The notes: a model not told the origin generated them from the letters alone. Shown: positions 32,116 to 42,987, counted from the first letter of the stretch. The stretch: DNA of 64,000 nucleotides from an uncultured delta proteobacterium (GCA_963735595.1 CAVTLK010000005.1:64001-128000); one strand, 5' to 3'. A program made the numbers and translations.

Positions 32116-33135
32116 ATGCAGCAGGTCCTTTTCGCCACCGGATTCCTTGCCGTTTGCGCCGTCCTTACTATCCTTATCATTGGTATGGTCGCACTGATCC
32201 GGGCCGTTCGGAGGCCGGTGCCCGCGCACGTGCTTTCCGACTACGGCGGCTTTGTAACCGTCGACGATCTCTCCATTCACCTGTGGCAGCAGGGTACGCA
32301 ACGCCGCCGCGCCGTCCCGGTTATCCTCATTCACGGGTTCGGCGCCACAAACTGGTGCTGGAGGCATACCATCGCGCCTCTTTCGGCCCGTCGATGGGTA
32401 GCTGGCCCCGGACCTGCCGGGGTTCGGGCTGTCTGACAAGCCCGAGGAGTTCGACTACAGCCTATCGGGCTACGCCCGCTTCATCGTCTCTTTTATGGAC
32501 GCTATGGGGATTCGCCAAGCGGTGCTGGTGGGGAACTCTATGGGCGGCGGGGTAGCCGTCATGACGTCGCTCCTGGCTCCCGACCGGATTCAGAGGCTCA
32601 TCCTCATCGATTCGCTCGGGTATTACCGGCGGACTTTTCGGCTCTATCGGTTGTTTGGGCTTCCGATTGTCCGGGACCTGGTCATGGGCATGGCCGGGAG
32701 TCGTTCAATCAAGCTGTTGTTGAAGGCGCGGGTCTATTATGATTCCTCGCGCCTCGATGACGAGACGGCCCGGCGTTTCGCGCTTGCCTACCGAACCCGA
32801 AACGGGAGAAAGTCCCCGATCTGGGTCTACCGGGGGTTTGCCCCCTATCCGACGATTGCCCGCCCCGAGATATCGAGGCGGTAAGGACGCCGACACTTAT
32901 TATCTGGGGTGAAAAAGATCAGATCCTGCCGGCCTCCCATGCCGCGAATTTCGGCGCGGATATCGCCGGGTCGACGACGGTGGTCATCCCCCAAACGGGT
33001 CACGTCCCCCACGAGGAGCGGCCCGAAGCCGTCAACCGGCTGATCCTCGATTTCATTGACAATACCGCGGACCTCGGGGAGAAACAAGGCGGCGTGCGGC
33101 CCGGGGTCCCTTTTGACTTGAAATCGTCCCGGTGA
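32116..33135 (+). CDS. Membrane-anchored alpha/beta hydrolase, two frameshifts (~32400, ~32880)
   Basis: N-terminal TM, LIHGF, DLPGFGLSDKP, GNSMGG, IWGEKD, GHVPHEE reconstructed across frames. Confidence 0.85.
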
Positions 33136-33175
33136 ATGTGCCATACTAAACCGATCATTGAGGAGGGCGTATCCA

Positions 33176-34122
33176 ATGAAACGAGCGATTGTCATAATCG
33201 GTGCGGTTATCGGGCTTATCGTCCTGGGACTGGGCATACACTGGGCGGTATGGGAACTCGTGCCCCCGGTGGCGGGAAAGGACCTGGTGGATAGCGGGAC
33301 GTTTAAGGAGATTGACGGGATGCAGATCCGCACTCGAGCACGAGGGGTCGGGCCCGGCGATTATCCTGATTCACGGCTATACCAGCAACCTCTCTACCTG
33401 GCGGTTCAACACCCGCGAGATGGCGGCAAAGGGCCTTTCTGTCTGGGCGCTTGACCTGCCCGGCTTCGGCTACAGCGACAAGCCCGAGGATTTCGGCTAT
33501 ACGCTGGCCGACTACGCGGATTTCATGGCGGCCTTCATGGACGCCGAGGGCATACCACAGGCGACGATCGTGGGCAATTCGATGGGGGGCAGCATCGCGA
33601 TGATGACCTATCTCATGCATCCCGACCGGGTCGGAACGGCTCGTCCTGATAGACTCCGCGGGATATCCCAAGGAGGAAGGGGGCTTCTTGATATTCGATC
33701 TCATGGGGTACCCGGTCATCGGTGAGCTGATGATGTCCTTCAACTACCGCTGGGTCGTCAAGTCGTCGATGCTCTCGGGGGTCTATTACGATAACAAGTT
33801 TGTGACCGACGACGTGATCGACTCCTACTATAACGTCTACAAGACCGAGAACGGAAAGAAGACCCCCCTCTGGGTGGGCAGGAGATTCGACTGGGACAAT
33901 GACTTGGGCACCGATAAGATCAAGACGATCGGCGTGCCGACCCTCGTCATCTGGGGCGAACAGGACACGCTTATTCCCGTCAAACAGGCGGACTATTTCG
34001 AGCGGGATATCAAAGATTCGCGGGTGATCGTCATCGGCGAGGCCGGGCATATGCCGCACGAAGAGAAGGCGGAGATCGTCAATGGGTTGATTTCCGATTT
34101 CGTCAAGGGTGCGGCGAAGTAG
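33176..34122 (+). CDS. Membrane-anchored alpha/beta hydrolase, paralog of the previous gene, frameshifts ~33330 and ~33640
   Basis: N-terminal TM, LIHGY, DLPGFGYSDKP, GNSMGG, IWGEQD, GHMPHEE. Confidence 0.85.
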
Positions 34123-34146
34123 CCGCCCGGGACAAGGAGTAGACTC

Positions 34147-34653
34147 GTGCGGGTAAAGTCGCTGAGCCAGATAGGGATGACGGTGGGTAGCCTCAAGGCG
34201 AGCATCGATTTCTACTGGGGGCACTTCAGGCTGCCGGTGATTGAGGTTATGGAGCGGCCGTCGGGCGTCATCAGGGAGGTCTACGGGCCCAAGGACCCAA
34301 CGGTGAAAATGGCCATCCTCAGATGCGGGTGGGGAAGCTTCATCGAGCTCTTCGAGTTCTCGCCGCCAACGGCGGGCCGGGAGGCGGGGCCAAGAGGGCC
34401 CGGTTTAACTCATCTCACGCTCGATGTCGGAAACGTCGACAGGGCCTACAGGCGGCTCACGGCCCGGGGGGTGAAGTTCCTCGGCCCACCGGTACACGAG
34501 AAGGGGGCGCACTTCGTCTTCCTGAAAGACCCCGACGGCCACCTGGTCGAGCTTATTGACATGGGGATCCTCTACTACCTCAATAAATTCTTCGGGAGGT
34601 TCGTGGGCTGGATCAACATGGCAACCCGGTTCAGGAATCGGGACATGATATAA
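34147..34653 (+). CDS. VOC (glyoxalase-like) family protein, copy 1
   Basis: SQIGMTV..SIDFY, IELFEF, THLTLDV, FLKDPDGHLVEL. Confidence 0.88.
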   Translation: MRVKSLSQIGMTVGSLKASIDFYWGHFRLPVIEVMERPSGVIREVYGPKDPTVKMAILRCGWGSFIELFEFSPPTAGREAGPRGPGLTHLTLDVGNVDRAYRRLTARGVKFLGPPVHEKGAHFVFLKDPDGHLVELIDMGILYYLNKFFGRFVGWINMATRFRNRDMI

Positions 34654-34679
34654 AAAAGGACTTAAGCAAGGAGATATCT

Positions 34680-35186
34680 ATGAGGGTAAAAACGCTGAGC
34701 CAGGTAGGAATGACGGTTAAAAGCCTCAAGAAGAGCGTCGATTTTTACTGGGATAATTTCCGACTGCCGGTCATCGCGGTAGTGGATCTGACCCCCACGG
34801 TCATCAAGGAGATCTACGGTCTGGAAAAGACCAAGGTAAAGATCGCGATGCTCCGGTGCGGATGGGGCAACTTCATCGAGCTCTTCGAGTTCACGCCGTC
34901 CGAAAAGGGAACAGAGGCCAAGTGGAATTGCCCCGGGATTACGCACCTTGCCCTGGAAGTACCGAATGTCCACAAGGCGTTCAAAGAGCTCACCGCCAAG
35001 GGCGTAAAGTTCCTAGCCCCGCCGATGGTGGAGAGCGGAAACACCTTTGCCTTTTTGAAGGACCCCGACGGGCACCTCGTGGAGCTCACCGATCTCGGGT
35101 TCCTCTACTACGTCAACAAGTTCCTCGGAGGGATCGTCGGCCGGATTAACATGGCCACGAAATACAAGAATCGGGATAAACTGTAG
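34680..35186 (+). CDS. VOC family protein, copy 2 (tandem paralog, same length)
   Basis: SQVGMTV..SVDFY, IELFEF, THLALEV, FLKDPDGHLVEL; 168 aa like copy 1. Confidence 0.88.
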   Translation: MRVKTLSQVGMTVKSLKKSVDFYWDNFRLPVIAVVDLTPTVIKEIYGLEKTKVKIAMLRCGWGNFIELFEFTPSEKGTEAKWNCPGITHLALEVPNVHKAFKELTAKGVKFLAPPMVESGNTFAFLKDPDGHLVELTDLGFLYYVNKFLGGIVGRINMATKYKNRDKL

Positions 35187-35324
35187 GATTACTCTCTCGA
35201 TGGGAGCGGCCTCACGATGCGAGGCGCTCCCCGCCTCCCTCAATCGGGGCGCCGAATGGAGTCCGTCCGGTCGATCCGACCATCGCCGGCGCCCGCTCTC
35301 CAAAGCGGTCGATACATGGGCCGC

Positions 35325-36731
35325 CTACAAAAAAATCTTCCCCGGATTCATGATCCCCTTGGGGTCCAGCGCCTCCTTGATGCGGCGCATGACGGCAATC
35401 TGGGCGGCATCGAGCGAAAGTCCGAGATACTCCTTTCGTATGAGGCCGATCCCGTGTTCTCCGGTTATCATGCCGCCGAGCCCGGCGGCAAGCTTATAGA
35501 GCCCCTCGCGCGCCGCGGGCAGCCGTTTGTGCCATTGACCGTCGGATAACGCCCCCTTCATCAGCTCTACATGGATATTGCCGTCCCCGGCGTGCCCGAA
35601 AAAAATCGAGCCGATCCCGGCCTCGGTAAGAAGCTCCTTGGCCCTCCCCACGAGGGCCGGTATGGCGGCCCGGGGCACCACTACGTCCTCGCCGCACTTG
35701 GCCCCGCCCTCGGCCACAACGGCCTCCCGCATACACCGCCGTCCCTCCCAGAGGCGGTCCCGGGTGGCGGCCGATTCGGCCACGATCATGTCCCGGGCGC
35801 CCTGCTGTTTTACCGTCTCCCAGAGCCGCTCCATCTGGCGGTCAACAGCTGGCTTGTCGTCGCCGTCCAGCCGGATGAGGAGCTGTGCCCCGGCGTCGGG
35901 GAAGGGCAACTCCTTTTTCAGGAAACGGGAGGCCAGGGTTATGGCCTCTTTCTCGATGAATTCGATAGCCGTGGGGACGATACAGGCCCTGATGACGGCG
36001 CTCACCGCCGATGACGCCGCCGCGAGATCCTCAAACGGGACCATAAAGTCAACCGAATAGGGCGACTGCGGCAGCAGACGTACCGTGATCTCGGTGATGA
36101 CGCCGAGCGTCCCCTCGCTGCCGACAAAAAGCCCGATGAGGCTGTAACCGGTGGCGTTCTTGACGATCTTGCCGCCGAGCCGGGAGACAGACCCGTCGGG
36201 AAATACAACGACCAGTCCCGTCACGTAGTCCTTGGTCGTGCCGTACTTAACGGCGCACGGCCCCCCCGCGCCCTCGGCGACGTTTCCTGCAAGCGCGCAG
36301 GAGTCGATGCTGGCCGGATCGGGCGGATAGAAGAGGCCGCGAGAGGCCGCGGCCCGGGCCAGGTCGCCGGTTATCACGCACGGCTCGGCCACCGCCATGA
36401 GGTTGTCCGTATCGATCTCGATGATACGGTTCATCCTCTCCAGCGACAGGATAATGCCCCCGTGGGCCGGCACGGCCCCGCCCGTCACCCCCGTGCCGCC
36501 GCCCCGGGGGGTGACGGGGATCGAGAGCTCCGAGGCGAGCCGCATGACCTGCGCTACCGCTTCCGTCGTCCGCGGCCTGACCACAACCTCGGCCAGACCG
36601 GAGGCCTCGGTCGTCTCGTCTCTCGAATAACGGCCGACGATCTGGGAATCGTGAGAAACCGAGTCCCACCCCGCTATAGCGGTCAGCCGCTCGATGGTTC
36701 GGGCATCGACCGGGGCAAAGCGCCTGTTCAT
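35325..36731 (-). CDS. glcD: FAD-linked oxidase (GlcD/D-lactate dehydrogenase family)
   Basis: RGGGTG, YPPDPAS, KYGTTKDYV, GSEGTLG, GHAGDGNIH, GEHGIG, DPKGIMNPGK. Confidence 0.88.
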   Translation of the reverse strand: MNRRFAPVDARTIERLTAIAGWDSVSHDSQIVGRYSRDETTEASGLAEVVVRPRTTEAVAQVMRLASELSIPVTPRGGGTGVTGGAVPAHGGIILSLERMNRIIEIDTDNLMAVAEPCVITGDLARAAASRGLFYPPDPASIDSCALAGNVAEGAGGPCAVKYGTTKDYVTGLVVVFPDGSVSRLGGKIVKNATGYSLIGLFVGSEGTLGVITEITVRLLPQSPYSVDFMVPFEDLAAASSAVSAVIRACIVPTAIEFIEKEAITLASRFLKKELPFPDAGAQLLIRLDGDDKPAVDRQMERLWETVKQQGARDMIVAESAATRDRLWEGRRCMREAVVAEGGAKCGEDVVVPRAAIPALVGRAKELLTEAGIGSIFFGHAGDGNIHVELMKGALSDGQWHKRLPAAREGLYKLAAGLGGMITGEHGIGLIRKEYLGLSLDAAQIAVMRRIKEALDPKGIMNPGKIFL

Positions 36732-36808
36732 CGCAACTCCTCTATGCCGTTTCGGCCGCGCCGCGTCCGTTATTGACTTTCACGGCCGGGCACGGTACGA
36801 TAACTCCT

Positions 36809-37123
36809 ATGGAACAACGCATCAGGTACGCAAAAGCAGACGCTATTATATCAGAGAGGTCGACGTTCCGCCACGATTGTCTGGCGCCTGGCGGGGCGCC
36901 GCCGCAAGAAGATGCCGGACCTTCCCCCGACGAGCCCGGCGTAACGGCACCCCCGCCGTTTCCGAGACCGCCGCGCGCCGCACAGCCGGTCACCTGCCGC
37001 GGGTGTTTCAACCGTTGCGTGTTGTCACCCGGCCGGCCGGGTACCTGCACGGTTAAGCGCAACATCGCAGGACGCATCACGGGGGTCAGGCTGCGCGTCA
37101 AGGCGGTCGTCGGCGGCCCGTGA
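36809..37123 (+). CDS. Small Pro-rich protein with C-terminal CxxC-x3-C-x9-C motif, probably leaderless
   Basis: VTCRGCFNRCVLSPGRPGTCTVKRN; TTGACT-17-TACGAT promoter (36773-36801) with the ATG 7 nt downstream of the -10. Confidence 0.55.
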   Translation: MEQRIRYAKADAIISERSTFRHDCLAPGGAPPQEDAGPSPDEPGVTAPPPFPRPPRAAQPVTCRGCFNRCVLSPGRPGTCTVKRNIAGRITGVRLRVKAVVGGP

Positions 37124-37208
37124 TCGGGCGCTCCCCGCTCTGTTATCCCTGATGCTTCACGCACTATCAGTTATAAAGCAGTACCGAGTATTTCACGATT
37201 AACCGGGT

Positions 37209-38696
37209 ATGAACATGGACACAGGCATGAGCGACACGAAATCCGAGCTGACCCCCTTCTTTTACCCCCGGTCGGTAGCGGTCGTCGGCGCATCGACCAC
37301 TTTCGCGAAATGGGGGACGATTATTTTTCACAACATTCTCCTCGGCGGTTTCACCGGAGGGATATATCCTGTCAACCGGAACCAGCGCGAAATCTTCGGT
37401 CTGCCCGCCTACAAGAGCCTCGCCGATATCCCGGGTCCCGTCGACCTCCTCATGGTCATCGTCCCGACCGAGAAAGTCATCGGCGTCATTCACGAGGCCG
37501 GGCAAAAGGGGATTAAGGCCGCCGTCATCATCACGGCGGGATATTCCGAAACGGGGGTCGACGGCAGGCGCCTGGAGGAAGAAACAATCCGGGTTGCGCA
37601 TCAGTACGGCATGCGGGTTCTCGGCCCCAACTGCATGGGGATGGTGAGCATGCCGGTGCGCCTGACGGCCTGGATGCCCTCCCATATCCCGGAGGCGGGA
37701 GGGGTCTCCGTTGTCACGCAGAGCGGCAACATGGGCACGAGCATCTCCACGAGCGTCGTCCGAAGAGGGCTTGGGATCGCCCGGGTCGTATCGACCGGTA
37801 ACGAGGCCGATCTGACCACCGTTGACGTTATCGACTATCTATCAGAAGACCCCGAGACCGCCATAATCCTGTCGTATATCGAGGGTGTGGAAGACGGGTC
37901 AGGACTCCTGAGAACCCTCAGGCGGGTCTCCCGAAAAAAGCCCGTCATCGTCATCAAGGCCGGCAGCACGATAGCCGGGGCCCGGGCCAGCTCCTCCCAT
38001 ACGGGGGCGATGGTCGGTAGCGATGAAATCTTTTCAACGGCGCTCAGGTCGTCGGGTGTGATACGCGCGCAGGATATCGAAGAGATGGTCGATTACGCCG
38101 CGGCGCTCTCGTCCCAGCCGATCCCCCGGGGTAACCGGGTCGGCGTCATCACGCTGGGAGGCGGCTGGGGGGTCATGGCGGCCGACGCCCTTGCGCAGCA
38201 CGGCTTGGATGTGGTCACCCTGAGGCGTGAGACCGTCGACCGGCTCAATGAAATACTGCCCCCCTACTGGAGCAGGGGCAACCCGGTGGACCTGGTGGCG
38301 GGGCTCAAAGACGGCGATTTCAAGAAGCCGCTGACGACGCTCCTGGAGAGCGACTATATCGACTCGCTGATGCTCTTGGGTATCGGGTACGGCGGACTCC
38401 GGGGCAGGTTTATCCTGGAGTCCCGCTTCAGCCACCTCTATGACATGAAAGAGATAGGGCAGTATTTCATAGAGGCGGACGAGGCCACCGCGGAGGCGAT
38501 CATCAGCCTGATCGACGTCTATAAAAAGCCCATCATCCCGGTAGTTGACCAGAGGATTCTGGAGGAAGATAACCAATTCAAGGGGATTTTGAAGCGTAAG
38601 GGGATTTTATTGTTTCCCTCTCCCCTGAGAGGGGCGATGGCCCTGTCGGCCTTGGTGAGGTACGGGCAGTACGTGAACCCCGGCGCTATTTCATGA
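37209..38696 (+). CDS. Acyl-CoA synthetase (NDP-forming) alpha subunit / CoA-binding protein
   Basis: PRSVAVVGAS, GPNCMG, QSG, GNEAD, SSHTGA (phospho-His), NPVDL. Confidence 0.92.
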   Translation: MNMDTGMSDTKSELTPFFYPRSVAVVGASTTFAKWGTIIFHNILLGGFTGGIYPVNRNQREIFGLPAYKSLADIPGPVDLLMVIVPTEKVIGVIHEAGQKGIKAAVIITAGYSETGVDGRRLEEETIRVAHQYGMRVLGPNCMGMVSMPVRLTAWMPSHIPEAGGVSVVTQSGNMGTSISTSVVRRGLGIARVVSTGNEADLTTVDVIDYLSEDPETAIILSYIEGVEDGSGLLRTLRRVSRKKPVIVIKAGSTIAGARASSSHTGAMVGSDEIFSTALRSSGVIRAQDIEEMVDYAAALSSQPIPRGNRVGVITLGGGWGVMAADALAQHGLDVVTLRRETVDRLNEILPPYWSRGNPVDLVAGLKDGDFKKPLTTLLESDYIDSLMLLGIGYGGLRGRFILESRFSHLYDMKEIGQYFIEADEATAEAIISLIDVYKKPIIPVVDQRILEEDNQFKGILKRKGILLFPSPLRGAMALSALVRYGQYVNPGAIS

Positions 38697-39192
38697 TATC
38701 TTCCATGAGGCCCTGTGCACCGTTGGTCACCAGGATTACGAACTTCCGGTCGTTTTTGTCTTCATAGTAGAAGTAGTGTTCGCCCCCCCGGCGGGAGTCG
38801 AGGACCTGTTTCCAGGATTCAACCTCAGTGGGGACGTAGGTCTGGGGGAGCCGCGCCAGGAACCCATTGGTCGTGCAGGCGCAGTGCAGGTGCGCATGGC
38901 CGTGGCCGTCTCCGTGCCCGACGAAGTCCCAGGCCAGGCCCTGTCCGGTATGTTCATAAAAGATACACGAGCCGAAGTCGGTGTTGAGCATGCGCCGGAC
39001 GAGGGAGCGCATCTCTTCGAATTCGATAATGATCTCTTCGGGGATATCGGCCATGGTAAGATAATGGCCTTTGGGAATGATGAGAGCGTCACCCACGCTC
39101 TTTGACGTCATCATGTAGAAGTTATGGCTGTCAAAGAGGATGTCTGCGGGGCTGGGAAAGCAGAGAGGGCATTCCTTATTCGAAACCGACAT
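38686..39192 (-). CDS. HIT-like protein (CwfJ/Cwf19 C-terminal-like)
   Basis: CPLC, LIIPKGH, IFYEH, HAHLH, YFYYE; SD AAGGAG upstream. Confidence 0.7.
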   Translation of the reverse strand: MSVSNKECPLCFPSPADILFDSHNFYMMTSKSVGDALIIPKGHYLTMADIPEEIIIEFEEMRSLVRRMLNTDFGSCIFYEHTGQGLAWDFVGHGDGHGHAHLHCACTTNGFLARLPQTYVPTEVESWKQVLDSRRGGEHYFYYEDKNDRKFVILVTNGAQGLMEDIMK

Positions 39193-39300
39193 ACGTGATG
39201 TCTATCTCCTTTAGATAAACTGCAACACTGCTTCCCGGTGTTTTTCGGGCATTACCCGCGGGCCACCTGCCCACCCTTCGGCGGCCGATCCTGAAAAAGA

Positions 39301-39738
39301 TCAGGCGCTTGCCTTCAGCTTCTCGCGGATGCTTTCCTCGACCTCTTTTTCCACTTCCATGAGGCTGATGAAGACGCCCTGACCGGTCGTGCCCTCGTAA
39401 GCCTTCCCGTGGTAGATGACGATAAGACGCCCTCCCGCAGGAATGATCGGGGTGTTGGCGAGAAGGTTTTCCATGTCCGGGAAGAGGTCTTTTGACTTCT
39501 TGATAACCCGGGTTATCATGTTGGTGGAAACCCCCTCCTCCTTGAGGTTCAGGATTGTCTTGATGGCCACTAGATCGAGAAACGAATAGGTGGTTTGTTT
39601 GCCCGTGCCCTTTCCGCGCGACTTGAGGAGGTTTTTCCTCCAGTAGTAGAGCTGCTGACGGGTGATGCCGAACAGATCCATCACAAAGGCCGCGGAGTAG
39701 CTTCGCCCTTTGATATCGTTAGTTTCCGTTCCAGCCAT
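39301..39738 (-). CDS. MerR-family HTH regulator
   Basis: FGITRQQLYYW, YSFLDLVAIKTILNLKEEGVS, C-terminal GQGVF. Confidence 0.85.
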   Translation of the reverse strand: MAGTETNDIKGRSYSAAFVMDLFGITRQQLYYWRKNLLKSRGKGTGKQTTYSFLDLVAIKTILNLKEEGVSTNMITRVIKKSKDLFPDMENLLANTPIIPAGGRLIVIYHGKAYEGTTGQGVFISLMEVEKEVEESIREKLKASA

Positions 39739-39884
39739 ATCGTCACGTCATATAATAAAGTGGTATAGTACGTATGGTATTGAGCGCCCTGGTCTTATCT
39801 CCCGCGGGTCGTATCGCGGCCCCGATTCGTTCCATCCCGAACGGATAGTATCAAAAACGGGGAAATTTGGCAATATATAAACAC

Positions 39885-39913
39885 ATTTTAGGAAGAAAAA
39901 AGGGAGATGTCAA
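39885..39913 (-). promoter_or_regulatory. Sigma70-type promoter for merR-HIT
   Basis: Minus strand TTGACA-17-TAAAAT with an AT-rich upstream element. Confidence 0.65.
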
Positions 39914-39990
39914 GTAAAAAGTAGAAATAATTTATTATTACCTTTATTTTTGTGTCGCACAAAACGGTAAGGGTAGCAAACGGCCGCCGC

Positions 39991-40761
39991 TCAGTTGATA
40001 TCGGTGGGCGGGGCGGTATGCATCAGGAATGCGCCGTCTGTGAGGAACGCGCGCGCGTTTGTTATGGTGTCGTCATAGAAGCAGATGAGGTTATGGATGT
40101 GATCCAGGAGCAGAAAGTCGGATGCCTCGGGCAGATAGGCTGATCGGACGGCGACGATGCCGTCATCGTCGCCGGGAATGAAGATCGAATACCCCTGCCC
40201 GTCTCCCTTTCCTCCAGTGATGACTCCGAATTCCACGGCGGGCGCCCCGCCGCAGAGCGCGCATAAATAATCGGGGCCCTGGGCCATCTCCATCAGCGCC
40301 GGGCCAAGGACCCTGTCGGCCAGCGGGAAGCGCGCCGCCAACTCCGCCTTGGTAACGCCGCGGTTTGGCGTGGCGATCATCACCAGGCGCCTCGCCTGGG
40401 GCGGGTGGTATTTAGCCAGGTAACAACGGGCGACCAGCCCCCCCATGCTATGGGTGATGAAGTCAAGCTCGTATGGACCGGTAATGCCTTCCGTCCCCCG
40501 CTCAATGACCCCTGCCAGGTAATCGGCGCATTCTTCTATGCTCATGGTAACGCTCGGGTAGGTCTTGTTGATCACCACGTATCCCTCGCTGATGAGCTGT
40601 TTCTCCATGAAATAGAGGTGGAAACGGGTGTCCATAAAGCCGTGAACGAGGACGACAACCCTGACCGGCTGTTCGGCGGCCCGTGCCGTCGATGGGGCCG
40701 GGAGTGCCGATAAAAGCAGCATAATCGGAATGATCGTAATGATGGATTTTATGTGTCTCAC
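39991..40761 (-). CDS. Secreted alpha/beta hydrolase (lipase/esterase-like)
   Basis: Signal peptide, LVHGF, THSMGG, IATPNRG, DDGIV, HIH. Confidence 0.85.
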   Translation of the reverse strand: MRHIKSIITIIPIMLLLSALPAPSTARAAEQPVRVVVLVHGFMDTRFHLYFMEKQLISEGYVVINKTYPSVTMSIEECADYLAGVIERGTEGITGPYELDFITHSMGGLVARCYLAKYHPPQARRLVMIATPNRGVTKAELAARFPLADRVLGPALMEMAQGPDYLCALCGGAPAVEFGVITGGKGDGQGYSIFIPGDDDGIVAVRSAYLPEASDFLLLDHIHNLICFYDDTITNARAFLTDGAFLMHTAPPTDIN

Positions 40762-40882
40762 CGTATGTCCTTCAATTGTATTTTTACATTCTACCGTCCT
40801 TTTGTCCGGCCGTCAAATAGTCTTGAAAACAATAGGCCGGTATGGTACGATTTTACAATTACCACGGGGGAGGTGGCCGGTA

Positions 40883-41863
40883 ATGTTTCCGGTAACCAGG
40901 ATGAGACGTCTCAGGACGAAAGAGCCGATCCGGCGCATGGTCGAGGAAACGACATTAACTGCCGCCGATTTCATCTATCCGATGTTTGTCGTTTTCGGCG
41001 CGGGCAAGAAGGAGGAAATCTCCGCCATGCCCGGTGTCTTCCGCCTCTCGACCGACCGGCTGGTTCGGGAGGCAGAACGGGTGTGGCGCCTCGGGGTCAG
41101 GGCCGTGCTGCTCTTCGGTATCCCCGAGACAAAGGACGAGATGGGAAGCTCCGGGTATGATGACGACGGGGTCGTGCAGAACGCGGTAAGGGCGCTCAAA
41201 GGCGCTCTCCCCGACCTCGTGGTCATCACGGACGTTTGCCTCTGCGAGTATATGAGCCACGGCCACTGCGGTATCGTGGCCGACGGCACTATCGTCAACG
41301 ACCCTACGGTGGAGCTGCTTGCCCGTATAGCCGTCACGCACGCCCGGGCCGGGGCCGACATCGTGGCGCCGTCGGACATGATGGACGGGAGGATCGGGTC
41401 AATCAGACGCGCCCTGGACGAGGAGGGGTATGCCGATACGGCGATTATGTCGTACGCGGCCAAATACGCGTCGGGATTCTACGGGCCCTTCCGGGAGGCC
41501 GCGGGGTCCGCTCCCTCCTTTGGGGACCGCCGCTCTCACCAGATGGACCCCCCCAACGTACGAGAAGCACTGCGGGAGGTGGCGCTGGACGTCGAGGAAG
41601 GGGCGGATATTATCATGGTAAAACCCGCGCTGGCATACCTTGACGTAATCTCGCTGGTCAGGGATCGTTTTGACCTGCCGATCGCGGCCTACAGTGTGAG
41701 CGGTGAATATGCGATGGTCAAGGCGGCGGCAAACAACGGATGGATAGACGGCGAGCGCGTCATGATGGAAATCCTGGTATCCATCAAGCGGGCAGGGGCG
41801 GATCTGATCATTTCATATTTCGCGCCCGAGGCGGCCGAAATCCTGTCGCGGCCGGCATCGTAA
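40883..41863 (+). CDS. hemB: Porphobilinogen synthase
   Basis: [48 protein letters not shown]. Confidence 0.97.
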   Translation: MFPVTRMRRLRTKEPIRRMVEETTLTAADFIYPMFVVFGAGKKEEISAMPGVFRLSTDRLVREAERVWRLGVRAVLLFGIPETKDEMGSSGYDDDGVVQNAVRALKGALPDLVVITDVCLCEYMSHGHCGIVADGTIVNDPTVELLARIAVTHARAGADIVAPSDMMDGRIGSIRRALDEEGYADTAIMSYAAKYASGFYGPFREAAGSAPSFGDRRSHQMDPPNVREALREVALDVEEGADIIMVKPALAYLDVISLVRDRFDLPIAAYSVSGEYAMVKAAANNGWIDGERVMMEILVSIKRAGADLIISYFAPEAAEILSRPAS

Positions 41864-42987
41864 TGCTTACAACGAAGACGGCACCATCAATCGGTTCGGT
41901 CCCGCCGTTGAGGCTCGTTGCCTGGGAGCTGACGCGGTCGTGCAACCTTGCCTGTGCCCATTGCCGGGCGTCGGCCCAGCGGGGGCCGTACCCGGGGGAG
42001 CTGTCCACCCGGCGGTCGCTTGAGCTCCTCTCGGAAATCGCGTCCTTCTCGTCGCCCATCATTATCCTTACCGGGGGCGAGCCGTTGTTAAGGGACGACC
42101 TCTTTGCCATCGCCCGCCGGGGAACGGACCTCGGCCTGAGGATGGTGCTGGCAACCAACGGGACGCTTTTGGAACGCCAGACCGTCCGTCGGCTCATCGA
42201 TGCCGGGGTAGCCCGTATCTCTATTTCCATCGACGGCAAGGACGAGCGCTCTCACGATAACCTCCGGGGGGTGGCCGGGGCATTTTCCGGGGCGCTTTTC
42301 GGAATCGAGAACGCCAAGCGTGAGGGCCTCTCGTTTCAGGTCAACACGACCATCACCAAGCGCAACGTCGCCGAGCTTTCCGAGATCGAGGACCTTGTCG
42401 GGCGACTCGGGGCCGACGCCCACCACCTGTTCCTCCTGGTTCCCACGGGCCGCGGCGCCGATATGGCCGGGGCCGGCGACTCACTGGTCGCCAAGGAGTA
42501 CGAGGAGGTGCTCGGCCGGATATACCGTTACGAGATGAGCGCTCCGTATCCCGTCAAGGTCACGTGTGCCCCCCAGTACATGAGGATACGGCGTGAGACG
42601 GCCGACAGGGAGGGTACGGTCATCCGGGACGGCGGGCACGGATTTACGGCCTCCACGCGGGGATGCCTGGGCGGCATATCGTTTCTCTTTATCTCGCACG
42701 ACGGAACGACCCAGCCCTGCGGATACCTCGAAGTAACCGGCGGCAACGTCACCGAGACCCCCATCAGGGATATCTGGGAACGGGCCGACGTATTCCGCCG
42801 GCTCAGGGACTACTCACAGCTGAAGGGAAAATGCGGCGTCTGCGAGCACGTGGATATCTGCGGCGGGTGCAGGGCGCGGGCGCTCTTTGCCCACGGCGAC
42901 TACCTCGCCCAGGAGCCGTTCTGCCCCTATGTTCCCGGCAAGAAAAAGAAAGGGACGCATCCTCCCGCGGCCACGTCGGGTTCGTAG
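41863..42987 (+). CDS. ahbD: Radical SAM/SPASM heme b synthase (alternative heme pathway)
   Basis: LVAWELTRSCNLACAHCRASA (CxxCH-like overlap), LVPTGRG, TCAP, GCLGG, KCGVC..CGGCRARA; overlaps the hemB stop (TAATG). Confidence 0.8.
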   Translation: MLTTKTAPSIGSVPPLRLVAWELTRSCNLACAHCRASAQRGPYPGELSTRRSLELLSEIASFSSPIIILTGGEPLLRDDLFAIARRGTDLGLRMVLATNGTLLERQTVRRLIDAGVARISISIDGKDERSHDNLRGVAGAFSGALFGIENAKREGLSFQVNTTITKRNVAELSEIEDLVGRLGADAHHLFLLVPTGRGADMAGAGDSLVAKEYEEVLGRIYRYEMSAPYPVKVTCAPQYMRIRRETADREGTVIRDGGHGFTASTRGCLGGISFLFISHDGTTQPCGYLEVTGGNVTETPIRDIWERADVFRRLRDYSQLKGKCGVCEHVDICGGCRARALFAHGDYLAQEPFCPYVPGKKKKGTHPPAATSGS

